In this document: positions 40,603-51,500 of the stretch, piece after piece
Layout of the letters: each line of letters starts with the position of its first letter
Numbering within the stretch: the stretch's first letter is position 1
Source: Pirellulaceae bacterium
GTDB lineage: Bacteria > Planctomycetota > Planctomycetia > Pirellulales > Pirellulaceae
Direction: 5' to 3'
DNA: 64,000 nucleotides
NCBI GenBank assembly: GCA_041745295.1
Contig: JBGTJE010000103.1
Span: 25,689 to 89,688, forward strand
Notes under the pieces: generated by a model
Told to the model about the DNA's origin: nothing
Database searches by the model: none
What the model saw: only the letters and a program-made list of their open reading frames with translations
Position numbers and translations under genes: made by a program

Positions 40603-40721
40603 GGAGCATAGCGGGAAAGGGGCAGGGAGGGACGAGCACGCGGGGGACCGCCCCCCAATCATTGCAAGGTCGGCATTATAATCGACGCGGTTCAACGGCA
40701 TAACCACAACTGGGAGCAGGC

Positions 40722-43424
40722 GTGGACTACCCCGAGTTATTGACTCGCTTCGGTCTGGGCGAATTCCGAATCGGTCAGCGCGAAGTCATCGACGCGGTGA
40801 TGGCCGGACGCGACTGTCTGTGCATCATGCCGACGGGGGGCGGCAAGAGTCTGTGTTTTCAGCTTCCCGCGATCGCTCGACCTGGTCTGACAGTCGTGAT
40901 TTCGCCCTTGATCGCCTTGATGAAAGATCAAGTCGACGGGCTACTCAAGCTGAAATTTCCGGCGACGTTTATCAACAGTTCGCTCGACCCGCAACAGCAA
41001 AGCCAGCGCACCCAGGGGATGATCCGCGGCGACTACGCTCTGGTTTACGTCGCGCCCGAACGATTGCGCAGCGCTTCCTTCTTGAACGCGATTCGGCAAA
41101 GCAACGTCACGCTCCTGGCGATCGACGAAGCCCATTGCATCAGCCAATGGGGACACGACTTTCGACCGGACTACGCGCGTTTGGGAACTTTTCGCCGCCG
41201 CATCGGTTCGCCGCAGACAGTTGCCTTGACCGCCACCGCGACCAAAATCGTTCAGGGCGACATCGCCAAAGTCCTGGAGTTGAAAAACCCGGTGACGTTT
41301 GTCTCGGGCTTTGCCCGCGACAATTTGTCGCTCCGCGTGGAGTCGCCCTCAAGCAATTCTGACAAAGACCGCCGCCTGCTCGAGTATCTCGAATCCGAAC
41401 AAGGATCGGGGATCATCTACGCCGCAACAAGGAAATCGTGCGAGCACTTGGTCGAGCTCATCCAAGCCCAGGGCAAGCGGCCGGTGGCGTTCTACCACGC
41501 TGGAATGGAGCCCGAGGAGCGAAAGCGAATTCAAGAAGCGTTCATGACCAATCGCGTTCCGCTCATCGTCGCGACCAATGCGTTTGGCATGGGCATCGAC
41601 AAGCGAGCGCTTCGTTTCGTCGTCCATTACAACATGCCCGGAAGCGTCGAGGCCTATTACCAAGAGGCGGGCCGCGCGGGGCGCGACGGGCAACCCGCCG
41701 AATGCCTGCTCTTGTTCTCCTATCAAGATCGCTTCATCCAAGAGTTTTTCATTGAAAATGCCTATCCGACTCGCGAGATCGTGCGCGACGTTTTTCAATT
41801 TCTAAAATCATATCGCGTCGATCCCATCGAACTCTCACTGCAACAGATTCAAGCGGAGCTAAAAGTTTCGACGGGAACGGAAGGAATCCGCGTCTGTGAA
41901 ACATTGCTCGAGAAAGCCGGCGCCATCGAACGGATGGATTCGCAGCAAAACCTGGCATCGATTCGGATCGACTTGCCCCATCCAAACTTGCCGGAATTGC
42001 TGCCGCGCGAGGCCCGCGCCCAGCGGGCCGTCATGCGCGGGCTCGAATTACTGGTCGGCGACCTACGCGGCGAACGCGTCTACTTCAGCCCAACCCGCTT
42101 TTCGGAATCGGTCGAAATGAAATGGGACTCGATTGCGCGAGCGCTGCGCGAATTGACCAAGCTGGACGGCGTCGACTATGTTCCGCCATTTCGCGGTCGA
42201 GCGATTCACGTCCTGCGGCCCGACGCCTCGTTTGACGAATTGGAAATCGACTTTGATGAACTGGAGCGACGACGAAAGAGCGAATACGAAAAGCTCGACC
42301 AAATTGTCCGTTTTGTCAACTCGCGACGCTGTCGGCAATTGGAGATCTTGGAGTATTTTGGAGATCCGCTGCGGCGAATTTGTCACCGCTGCGATAATTG
42401 CAGCGGTAGCGGTGCCGCGGTCGCAACCGGTACGCAGACGAAACTAACGGAAATCGGGAGGGAACGTGTGTGGTTCGCCGTTCAAGTCGCACTCAGTGGT
42501 GCCGCGCGAACCCACGGCCGAATCGGAAAACAATTGCTGGTGCAGATGCTCACTGGCTCGAATTCCAAAAAGCTCAAGCCGTTGCGATTGGATCGAATCG
42601 CCACGTTCGGTCGCCTAAAACAACTTCGACAGGAAACCGTCACCGATTTGGTTTCGCAACTGCTCACCGCCGGTTGGCTTATCCAAACCGAGGCCACCCG
42701 GTATCGACCGGTGATTCAAATCAGCGACGAGGGACGAACACTGCTCCAGTCCGCGATGGATCTGCGCGTGTTTGATGCCATTTCCGCCGACGTAGCTTCG
42801 ACGATCGCGAGAACTCTTTCGGATATCGATCGTCCGGACGTCCCGCCCAAAGCGCCCGAAACCCGGATCGTCGCAGACGCACCCGAGCTCAGCTGCGATT
42901 CTCAATCCGCTCCGCCGGCGGACCTCGAATCGCGTCGACAAGAACCAGACTCGATCGGCTCGAACGACCTGAGCGATCGGCGAGTCTCACCGGCGAAGGC
43001 ATCGAGTGACACGGCGGCCTCGACTTTGCACACCTCGATTGCGACGGCAAGCGAACCACGTTTGGAGACCGCGCGGACGACCGCTCCAGCGGAAGCCACT
43101 GTGGCCACCTCAATGGATCCTCGGCCGGCGGCCGCCAAGCCATCTTATTATTGGACCTGGCGACTTTTCACCGACGGATACGAAGCCGCGCAGGTGCAGC
43201 AGATCCGCCAAATCGACTTGTCCCAAATCGTCGAAGAGCTAACGGTCGCTGCGGAGCGCGGGCATGTCACCGAACGCAGTTGGATTTTGACTCCGCGACA
43301 GCTTGCGGAATTGGGGAAAGTTTCGCCGGGGATCGGCAATCGGACCGCCACTCGTGGCTTGCGCGAGGTGCCCAATGGTGTGACTCCGGGGGAGTACATG
43401 TACTATCTTCGGTCGACTCGCTAG
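40722..43424 (+). CDS. recQ: ATP-dependent DNA helicase RecQ with a long C-terminal extension
   Basis: GQREVIDAVMAGRDCLCIMPTGGGKSLCFQLPA, DEAHCISQWGHDFRPDY, zinc-binding CRRQ...CDNC, and HRDC-like regions. 900 aa. The C-terminal region of about 300 aa is Ser/Ala/Pro-rich and contains one globular segment. Confidence 0.9.
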   Translation: MDYPELLTRFGLGEFRIGQREVIDAVMAGRDCLCIMPTGGGKSLCFQLPAIARPGLTVVISPLIALMKDQVDGLLKLKFPATFINSSLDPQQQSQRTQGMIRGDYALVYVAPERLRSASFLNAIRQSNVTLLAIDEAHCISQWGHDFRPDYARLGTFRRRIGSPQTVALTATATKIVQGDIAKVLELKNPVTFVSGFARDNLSLRVESPSSNSDKDRRLLEYLESEQGSGIIYAATRKSCEHLVELIQAQGKRPVAFYHAGMEPEERKRIQEAFMTNRVPLIVATNAFGMGIDKRALRFVVHYNMPGSVEAYYQEAGRAGRDGQPAECLLLFSYQDRFIQEFFIENAYPTREIVRDVFQFLKSYRVDPIELSLQQIQAELKVSTGTEGIRVCETLLEKAGAIERMDSQQNLASIRIDLPHPNLPELLPREARAQRAVMRGLELLVGDLRGERVYFSPTRFSESVEMKWDSIARALRELTKLDGVDYVPPFRGRAIHVLRPDASFDELEIDFDELERRRKSEYEKLDQIVRFVNSRRCRQLEILEYFGDPLRRICHRCDNCSGSGAAVATGTQTKLTEIGRERVWFAVQVALSGAARTHGRIGKQLLVQMLTGSNSKKLKPLRLDRIATFGRLKQLRQETVTDLVSQLLTAGWLIQTEATRYRPVIQISDEGRTLLQSAMDLRVFDAISADVASTIARTLSDIDRPDVPPKAPETRIVADAPELSCDSQSAPPADLESRRQEPDSIGSNDLSDRRVSPAKASSDTAASTLHTSIATASEPRLETARTTAPAEATVATSMDPRPAAAKPSYYWTWRLFTDGYEAAQVQQIRQIDLSQIVEELTVAAERGHVTERSWILTPRQLAELGKVSPGIGNRTATRGLREVPNGVTPGEYMYYLRSTR

Positions 43425-43549
43425 GATTCACGAACGGCAAGATAGCATTTCGCACGAGTCGCCGATCGATGCCGATTTGGCTAGAATTCCCACTTTCGTT
43501 TCCCTACTCATTCCTCGCGATAATTCCCCATCCATAAAACGAGATTTTT

Positions 43550-45556
43550 TTGATGAGTGAACTTCCGCCGAACAATTCAAACGACCCTGAAGCAAAGCCG
43601 GGAAAGCGACCCAGACCCGGACTGGGTTGGGGTTTAATGTTCCTATTGACGATGGCAGTTGCGTTCATGCTGTACCTGAACTGGGTTCAGATGCCATCGA
43701 AAATCAGCTTGTCGTATCTGGAGAATTTGATCGAAGGCAAGGATTTTCAGGGGAATGTAATCCTCGGTGTCGACGGCAAACCGGTCGGACCCAATATCGA
43801 TCGTCTTCAAATTGTCGGCGAGCAGGCGTACGGCGTTTTCAAAGTCATTCCGCCGGCGGAGCCGACGTTTGACACGGAGGGGACGATGGTCCCCAGCACA
43901 CGCCCACTCAAGAAGCAGTTTACCGTCCAGATTCCCAGCCCCAACTCGCAGGCCGGCGCGAATTTGTACGATCGGCTGCGGGCCAAAAATATCTCGGTCG
44001 AAAAGGAACAACAGTCTGCTTATGACCTGACTTCGATCATTATTTTGGCAATGATTTTCATCCTGCCGATCGTGATCATGTTTTACTTGTTGCGGCGGAT
44101 GCAGAATCAGGTCATGGGGGGTGGAAACTTCCTTTCAAATTTTTCGCGTAGTCCGGCCAAGCGGTTCGAACCCTCGGATAAACGCGTAACGTTTAGCGAT
44201 GTTGCCGGGTTGGACAATGTCAAAGGAGATTTGTTTGAGATCGTGGACTATTTGCGCGATCCCAAAAGGTTTCAGCGGCTCGGGGGCCAGATCCCCAAAG
44301 GCGTGTTGCTATTTGGACCACCCGGTACAGGCAAGACATTGATGGCTCGGGCGGTCGCCGGCGAAGCTGGCGTTCCGTTCTTCAGCGTGAATGGCTCGGA
44401 GTTCATCCAAATGTTTGTGGGCGTCGGAGCAAGTCGCGTCCGTGATTTGTTCGCCAGCGCCAAAAAGCAAGCTCCTGCCATCGTATTCATCGATGAGATT
44501 GACGCCGTCGGGCGCCAGCGCGGCGCGGGCTTGGGCGGCGGTCACGACGAGCGCGAGCAGACGTTGAACCAGATTCTCGGCGAAATGGATGGCTTTCAAA
44601 AAAACGAATCGGTCATCGTCTTGGCGGCGACGAATCGCCCCGACGTGCTCGACCCTGCGTTGCTTCGGCCCGGGCGTTTTGATCGCCACGTCATGGTATC
44701 ACGCCCGACGCAGTCTGGGCGTTTGGCCATTTTCAAAGTCCACGTGCGCGACGTCCCGCTTGCGCCAGACGTCGACTTAGAGGTCATGGCCAGCGCGACC
44801 TCGGGATTGACCGGCGCGGACATCGAGAACTTGGTCAACGAAGCCGCGCTGTGGGCAGCCCGGCACGACAAGAACCAAGTCGAAATGAAGGATTTCTATT
44901 ACGCCCACGACAAAGTGCTGATGGGCGCGCGGCGCGAGGAGATTCTCAGCGAAAAGGAGAAACGACGGACTGCATTCCATGAATCGGGACACACCATGGC
45001 GGCTTGGTATTTGCCCGGCGCACTGCCGGTCCACAAGGTCACTGTGATCCCGCGCGGGCACACTCTGGGAGTGACGCAGATGACGCCGTTGGAAGATCGG
45101 CTCAATATTTCGGAAAACGAGTTGCGCGATCAGCTCATCGTGGCGCTGGCCGGCCGCGCGGCGGAACAGCTGGTTTACGACGAGCTTACGGTCGGCGCTG
45201 AAAACGACTTGGAACAAGCCACGAATATCGCCCGCCGGATGGTGACCCATTGGGGAATGAGCGGTCGCCTCGGTCCGGTTAGCTTCAAGATGTCGGATGA
45301 GGATCCGTTTCTGGGGCGCGAGATTCACAAGAATCGCCAATTCAGCGAACACACGATGGAGCTGATCGACGACGAAGTCACGAACATCTTGCAGAACGCC
45401 GCCAAGGCGGCTTATCAATTGCTGGCCGATCGCCGAGAAGCGCTCGATCGGTTGGCCGAGCAATTGGTCAAGTCGGAAGAACTCGATACCAAAGTACTGG
45501 AGACCATCCTCGGTCCGTCGGTGCACAAGCGCGACGCCAATGGACAATACAAGTAG
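43550..45556 (+). CDS. ftsH: ATP-dependent zinc metalloprotease FtsH
   Basis: Two TM helices, AAA Walker [12 protein letters not shown] motif, and zinc site HESGHTM. 668 aa. Confidence 0.95.
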   Translation: MMSELPPNNSNDPEAKPGKRPRPGLGWGLMFLLTMAVAFMLYLNWVQMPSKISLSYLENLIEGKDFQGNVILGVDGKPVGPNIDRLQIVGEQAYGVFKVIPPAEPTFDTEGTMVPSTRPLKKQFTVQIPSPNSQAGANLYDRLRAKNISVEKEQQSAYDLTSIIILAMIFILPIVIMFYLLRRMQNQVMGGGNFLSNFSRSPAKRFEPSDKRVTFSDVAGLDNVKGDLFEIVDYLRDPKRFQRLGGQIPKGVLLFGPPGTGKTLMARAVAGEAGVPFFSVNGSEFIQMFVGVGASRVRDLFASAKKQAPAIVFIDEIDAVGRQRGAGLGGGHDEREQTLNQILGEMDGFQKNESVIVLAATNRPDVLDPALLRPGRFDRHVMVSRPTQSGRLAIFKVHVRDVPLAPDVDLEVMASATSGLTGADIENLVNEAALWAARHDKNQVEMKDFYYAHDKVLMGARREEILSEKEKRRTAFHESGHTMAAWYLPGALPVHKVTVIPRGHTLGVTQMTPLEDRLNISENELRDQLIVALAGRAAEQLVYDELTVGAENDLEQATNIARRMVTHWGMSGRLGPVSFKMSDEDPFLGREIHKNRQFSEHTMELIDDEVTNILQNAAKAAYQLLADRREALDRLAEQLVKSEELDTKVLETILGPSVHKRDANGQYK

Positions 45557-45568
45557 AAAGATGGGCGG

Positions 45569-48500
45569 TTAATTTATTTGCTCGACACTAGTTCGAACGA
45601 GCACGTCTTCCAGCAGGCTGACAAAATACCAATCCTGGTCGCTGCCGCCAAACAGCGCGTCGCGGGCGCCGTCGTCCTGCACGCTGACGCCGTGTTGCAA
45701 AAAGATTGGCGTGTCTTCGAGGACCGGTCCGTTGCCGTCGCGGATGTTCGTCACGCGTTCCGAATAGCCGCGGCTGGACGTCCATTCAGCCAGGATGGCC
45801 GTCAGGGCAGACGCGCTTTGGTCATGCGAAGTCGTTCCAGCGATGAGCAGATCATCGTTCCAATGGCCTAACAGCGTATCGCCGCCCCTCCCACCGATCA
45901 GGATGTCGCGGCCGTGACTCCCGATAAGCGCATCGTCGCCGAGTCCCCCGAGCAGAATGTCGTTCCCCTGATTGCCGTACATCTCGTCGTTGCCCGTGCC
46001 GCCATCGAGGCGGTCGTTCCCTTTGCCGCCGCTGAGTACGTCATTGCCCGCACCACCAAATAGGTTGGCGGCTTGGACGATGCTTGAATGGACGATAATT
46101 TCGTCGTTGCCGGCCAGTCCGAACGCTGCGATGCGATCGAATTGGACAAACTGAGCCTCCCCGATCACGATGTTGTTTCGCTTTACGAAGACAATGCCGT
46201 CGTCGCTTGGTTTAACGAATCGGATCCGGTCGTCGTCTTTCGTTCCAACCACAACCCAAACGTTTTGCCCGGGATTTTCCGGATCGGGAAGAAGACGCGA
46301 GCCGCCTACGGGGACTCGTTCAAGAGAGACGCGATAGTCTTCGATTTCGCCGTCAGGGGCCGATCCTGTCGGTCCAAGTCCGCCGTCGGTGCTAAGGCGA
46401 AAGCGAGCGTAGCTGGTTCCGGTGCGCGCGCTGGCTGGGACGGTAAACGTGACCGTATTCGCACCGGCCTGTACGGCCAGTCCGGTCGCGATTTGCTCCG
46501 CGGCTTCAAAGATCCCATTCCGATTGAAATCGATCCAGGCGTCTAGCCTACCGACTTGCGATGCGGTTACTATTGCCGCTGCATTGAGCCGGGCAATGAG
46601 GGCGCTCGGCAGCGCAACGCCGTCTTCGTCGCCTGGCGTACCGGCGAGATCATCGCCGTCGGCCAAAAGACTGGGCTGGCCGTCAGTCTCGCCGTCACGC
46701 TGGCTTCCCAGTCGCAGGTCCGAGCCCGATAGGTGGACCGCCCCGTCACTTGTCAGCAGTGTCCCGTAGCTATCCGGCGCGTCGCCAAAATCCCCTTCTG
46801 TGGCGACCAAGACCACGGTCGTCGTGGCGTCTGCCTCGGTAGGCAGGTCCTCGCTGTGTCCCACGTTGTCCGTTGCCGCGCTAATGAAGGCATAAGCGTG
46901 GCCAGCAGCGCCGGTAAAGATCGCGGAAGACTCGGTTGTGTCGAGTAAAAATGGCGAGAAGGCTCCGCCGTCGACCGAAACGAAAATGTCGAAGAACGAA
47001 ATGCCCGAGCCATTTGGATCATCGTTGCCGGTCCAATTCACCGCGAAAGTTTCGCTGCCGGTCGTGGCCGGAAGTGGATCGACATTGCTCGTCGGCGTGC
47101 CGGCGTCGATGGTGTTGAAGATCGCCGGCGTGTCGATCGCGGCGTTCACGTCGAAGACGATGCTGGCCTGAGCGTCGATTCGTGTTCCGGTTGGCAGGCC
47201 CGGTTTTGGCCGCACGATGTACGTGACGAAGCCTTCCCCTTCCGGCGGGATCTGGTTGGGGGGCAGGAAGCCGATGTCGCCCTCCGCGTCCGTCGGTATT
47301 TCCAGCGTCGCCGGGTCGAGCGACGTGAAAGTCCAGGTGATGACGCCGGTCTCGAAGTTGAGGTCGCCGCTAACGTCGAGAAAGAGGTTTCGATCGGGTC
47401 GAAGATCATATCGCCGCAAGAAGGAGCTGCGCTTGGCCGGCAGATTAACGAGACTCGAGCCGATGCCGAAGCTGAACAACTCAAAGGTCGCCAGATCGAG
47501 ATCGGGATCGAGCGTCTGCGTGACAACGACCGTCTGGGCCGGCGCCGTCGCCGCCACGTCGTTTTCGAAGCGGATCGTATAGAAGAGGGACGAATCCGCC
47601 GGTAGGAAACCTTCCGGGCCGAAGCCCGCCGGTCCGATGATGTCGTTGGGGTCGTGGGCAAAGACCTGGAGGATTTCAGCTTCGTCGACTTCCTCGCCGG
47701 GAGGCGGCGGGAAGTCGTGATCGGGGTTGAAGCAGTCGAAAAAGTCACAGAGATTCCATAGAGCATAAAGGGGCGGGAATTGTGAACCAACGTTAATACC
47801 AACTGGTGAATCCGGGTCCAACGCTACGATCAGCGCCAGAGGGTTAATGGACAGCAACGGGTTTGCAGTGACGAGCGTGTCCGCCGCGTCGAACGCAGCC
47901 GCCTCCGCATCAATCAACTCAGCCTCGGCCAGCGCAGCTCTAGCTTCGGCCAGCTCAGCGGCCTCAAGTTTAGCCAAAGCCTCCCTTCCTGAGGGTGTCA
48001 GTTTATGGCCAAGCTCCAAAGCCTTTCGGGCTACTTGGCCGGCAATGGCTTCCCTAGCATGTTGGATCCCGCCCTTCGCAACGCCGCCAATTACGCGTAT
48101 GAAAACTGGCACTAGTGTCGGCGACAAGCCTGACGGGTCAATGTAGTTCACAGGATCGTTCGTGACGTAGCCGTAAAGATTAAGGCCGCCGGCGATGCCG
48201 ATCGGATCCTCATTGATGTAGCGCCCATCGTCCGAGGAGTAGTACCGTGCCCGCATGAAATCCAGCCCGTTGCCATCTCGCTGGACGCCGAACTGGCCGA
48301 CGAACTCGAACGGGTTGGCGATCGTTTCGCTGATCGTGAGCGCCTCGCCGAAGGGCAGATAGCTGTATTGGTTCGCAATGACGCCACTGGCGTCCGTCAT
48401 CGCCACGGTCGAGCCAACGCCGTCGAAATCGTAGAACGCCGCCGCTCCGCCGGAATCATGCCGGCTGACCAGACCGAAGCCGCCGTGGACATAACGGGCG

Positions 48501-51500
48501 ATCAGATTGCCGCCGGTGTCGTATTCGGCGACGACATTCGTCAGGCCCAGTGGGTCGATGAGGTACTCGGTGCGAACGCCTCCATCGACTTTGGCGACGC
48601 GATTGCCCAGCGCGTCGTATTCGTAACCGACCCTGAGCACTCCATCGACCCAGCTCAGCAGGCGGCTCTCATCGTCGTAGGTATAGGTCGTGCCGCCTCC
48701 GGCTTCATCCGTGATCAGGTTGCCGTCCTTATCGTAGGTTCGGTCGAACGAACCGATCCGCTCGTACTGGTTCAGCTTGTTGGTCGTGTAGTTGGTCGGA
48801 GCGCCATTGTCGATCACCGCCGTGCGGTTGCCAACGGCGTCGTACTGATACTGAATAATCCGGCTGTCGGGGAGTACGACCAACGTCAGTTGCCCGATGG
48901 CGTCGTAGCCGAACGTCGTCAAGCCTTCCAACGTCGTGACGCTCGTCCGCCGGCCCAAGTCGTCATAGGTGTAATCGAACCGCGAACTGACGGTGCCATC
49001 GGGAAGATGATTCACCAGGCTCGTAAGCTGGCCTGCGTCATCGAACCCATACGTGGTGAACGTGAGGTTGCCGTTGTCTTCGCGGCTGAGCCGCCCGACC
49101 GAGTCATAGGTGTAGAGAACCAGCCGGATGTCCGAGCCGTCCGTCAACTCACCAATTCGGCCGGCTGCGTCGTATCGGTACTGGACGATGAAACCGGATT
49201 GGTCTTCGAGCCGGATTCTCCGCCCGCCGGCGTCATATGTGTATTGGAGGAAGCGGGCATCGGGGTACGTCACTTTGGTCAAACGATCCGCGGCGTCGTA
49301 GTCGAACGTCGTCGTCCCGGCTTCATCGGTCGCCGTCCGCAGGTTGCCCCGGTCGTCGTAGGTGAACACCTCAAACGTGCCGTCGGCGTGGTCCTTGCGG
49401 AGCAGGAGGCCGCGGTCGTCGTAGGCGTAGTCGATCACCTGGATGCGGCGGTTGATGGATTGCGTGATGTTGCCGTCGGCGTCTGGCGTGACCTGCTCCA
49501 CGGAGCCGTCCACGTGGATGATGCCCGTCAGATTGCCCTGGGCGTCATAGGTGTAGCGGAGGGGGATGCTGCCCTCGTCGCGAATCGTGGTCGGCAGGTT
49601 GAACGTGGTGTCGTAAGTGAAGCTGAGCGAACGGCCGTCCGGCTTCACGACGAACGTGAGATTGCCGTTGCCATCGAAATCGAAGAGTGAGACCGTATCG
49701 AGCGGTTGCGTCACGCGGTCGAGCCGATGCAGAGCGTCGTAGTCGAACCGCGACGAGCGGTCGAGCGCATCGCGCGTTTCCAGGAGTTGGCCGAATTCAT
49801 TGAAGAAGAGCGACGTGGTCTTGTTGAAGGCGTCGGTGATGAAGACTTCGCCGACGCTGCCATAAGCCAACGTCACGGCTTCGGCGTTTCCGTCACGGGA
49901 GGAGCCGACGAGCCGGCCCTGGGCGTCGTATTCATAGAAAACGTGCGTCTCGTCGGGCGTACCGTCGGCTCGCGTCACCGAGGTCAGCGCGTGCTCCGCC
50001 GACGAACCGGCAGTCGTTTCGTAGGTATACGCGATCGTGCTGTCGGGGCCGGTGACGCTCATCAAGTGCTCGCCGGCGGCATCGTATACAAACGTCGTGA
50101 GCCGCCCAACCTGATCGGTGAGTTGGGCAAGCCGACCCGCGGCGTTGTAGCCAAAGACGAACTGGTCGCCGTTGGAGTGCGACAAGCTCACGAGCCTCCC
50201 GTCGTCGTAGTTCAGCGTGACCTGGTGCCCGTTGCGATCGGTTACGTCGAGCAGACGCCCCGTCACTTCGTCAAAGCGGCTGATCGTTCCATTGGTCTCA
50301 CGCAGCGAAAAAACACCGCTTGCCAGTGTGAGTTGAGCGTGATCGAGGAGCGAACTCCTGAAGAGGCCAGGGAAGAAGACCACCTCGTCGAACCGCCGCG
50401 TGCCGCCCGGCGTGCGGATCAGGACGTCGTTCGTGACCCCGTTGTCGTTCGGTACGCGCGACAGGCTGATGTCCCACGGGTCGGACCAGCCGCGGCCGAG
50501 GATGCCCATGTCAAAGCGCCGCGAGATCGTCGGGGCGAACGTCCGACCCCAGACCAGCGGCACCCCACTGGCGGGCGCGGCGGCGTCGATGGCCGAGTGC
50601 GGGCTGCCGCCCGGTAGTGCGTTATCCGCTTGCGCGAAGTGGACGCTCAGCAGCCGGTCAATGTCGGTCGTGTAAATCTCGTAGCGACTGAGATAAGTGG
50701 CGGCGTCCCGGAGCGCTTGCAGGTACGAGCCAACGGTCGTGCCGACTCGCGTGAGGAGGTTTCTGAAAACCACGTCCCACGCGGCGGGCGAGACGGTGGG
50801 CGGGCGCAACTCGTCCTTGTGCGAGGCCAGAGCGAAAGGCTTATCGTCCGGTCCGGCCTGGATCAGCCGGAACAGGAGTGGGTTACGATCCAGCGCGTCG
50901 AGATCCTCTATGAAGCGAACCTCCTGGAGTTCGTGGGTGCCCGGGGGAAGCACGCCCGCCGGGCCGGATGTGCTGGTCGCAAAAAACTGGATCACGTTTT
51001 TGGCAGGCGACTCTAAGTCTTCCGGTAGGGGCCGCGGCCCCTGGGGGGGGAGCGAAGTACCGCTGCCCGTAGACCCGCCTCCGCCACCGCCATCTCCGCT
51101 TCCGACTCTTATTTGTCTTGGGACTGGGGGGACGATGACATTGGCGTTTGGCGACTCGATCAGCAGCAGGGGTGCCGGAACGTCCGTCTCTCCGACGTTC
51201 GAATACTCGATGAACAGGCTATCCTCGCGGCCTCCGAGAGTCGTCGCCGCCGCAAACAGTCGAACTGCAAACACGCCGGGGTTCCCGGTCGTCACCGTGA
51301 ACGCGCTCGCCAACTCCGTCGAGCTGGCACCATCCACGGCGCGCACGCTGTAAGAGCCGGTCGCTAATCCCGCGAGATTGAACGTCACGAAAAAGGTCGT
51401 CTCACTCTGCTGCACGACGTTCGCCGCCGGCAGGCTACTCGCCTGACCCACCAGACTGAAGACGGTCTCGGTCGAGAAGCCGGTCCCGATAATCGTGGTC

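Noticed and set aside
45557-45568. Possible RHS immunity gene downstream of the giant gene
   Set aside because: Only 12 bp separate the giant gene stop from the convergent ftsH stop, so no immunity ORF can exist there.
48368-50617. Long plus-strand ORFs (440 aa, 303 aa and others up to 52838) antisense to the giant RHS gene
   Set aside because: They are antisense to a coding region with strong YD-repeat periodicity. Their Arg/Ala/Val/Gly-rich composition is typical of GC-rich antisense frames.
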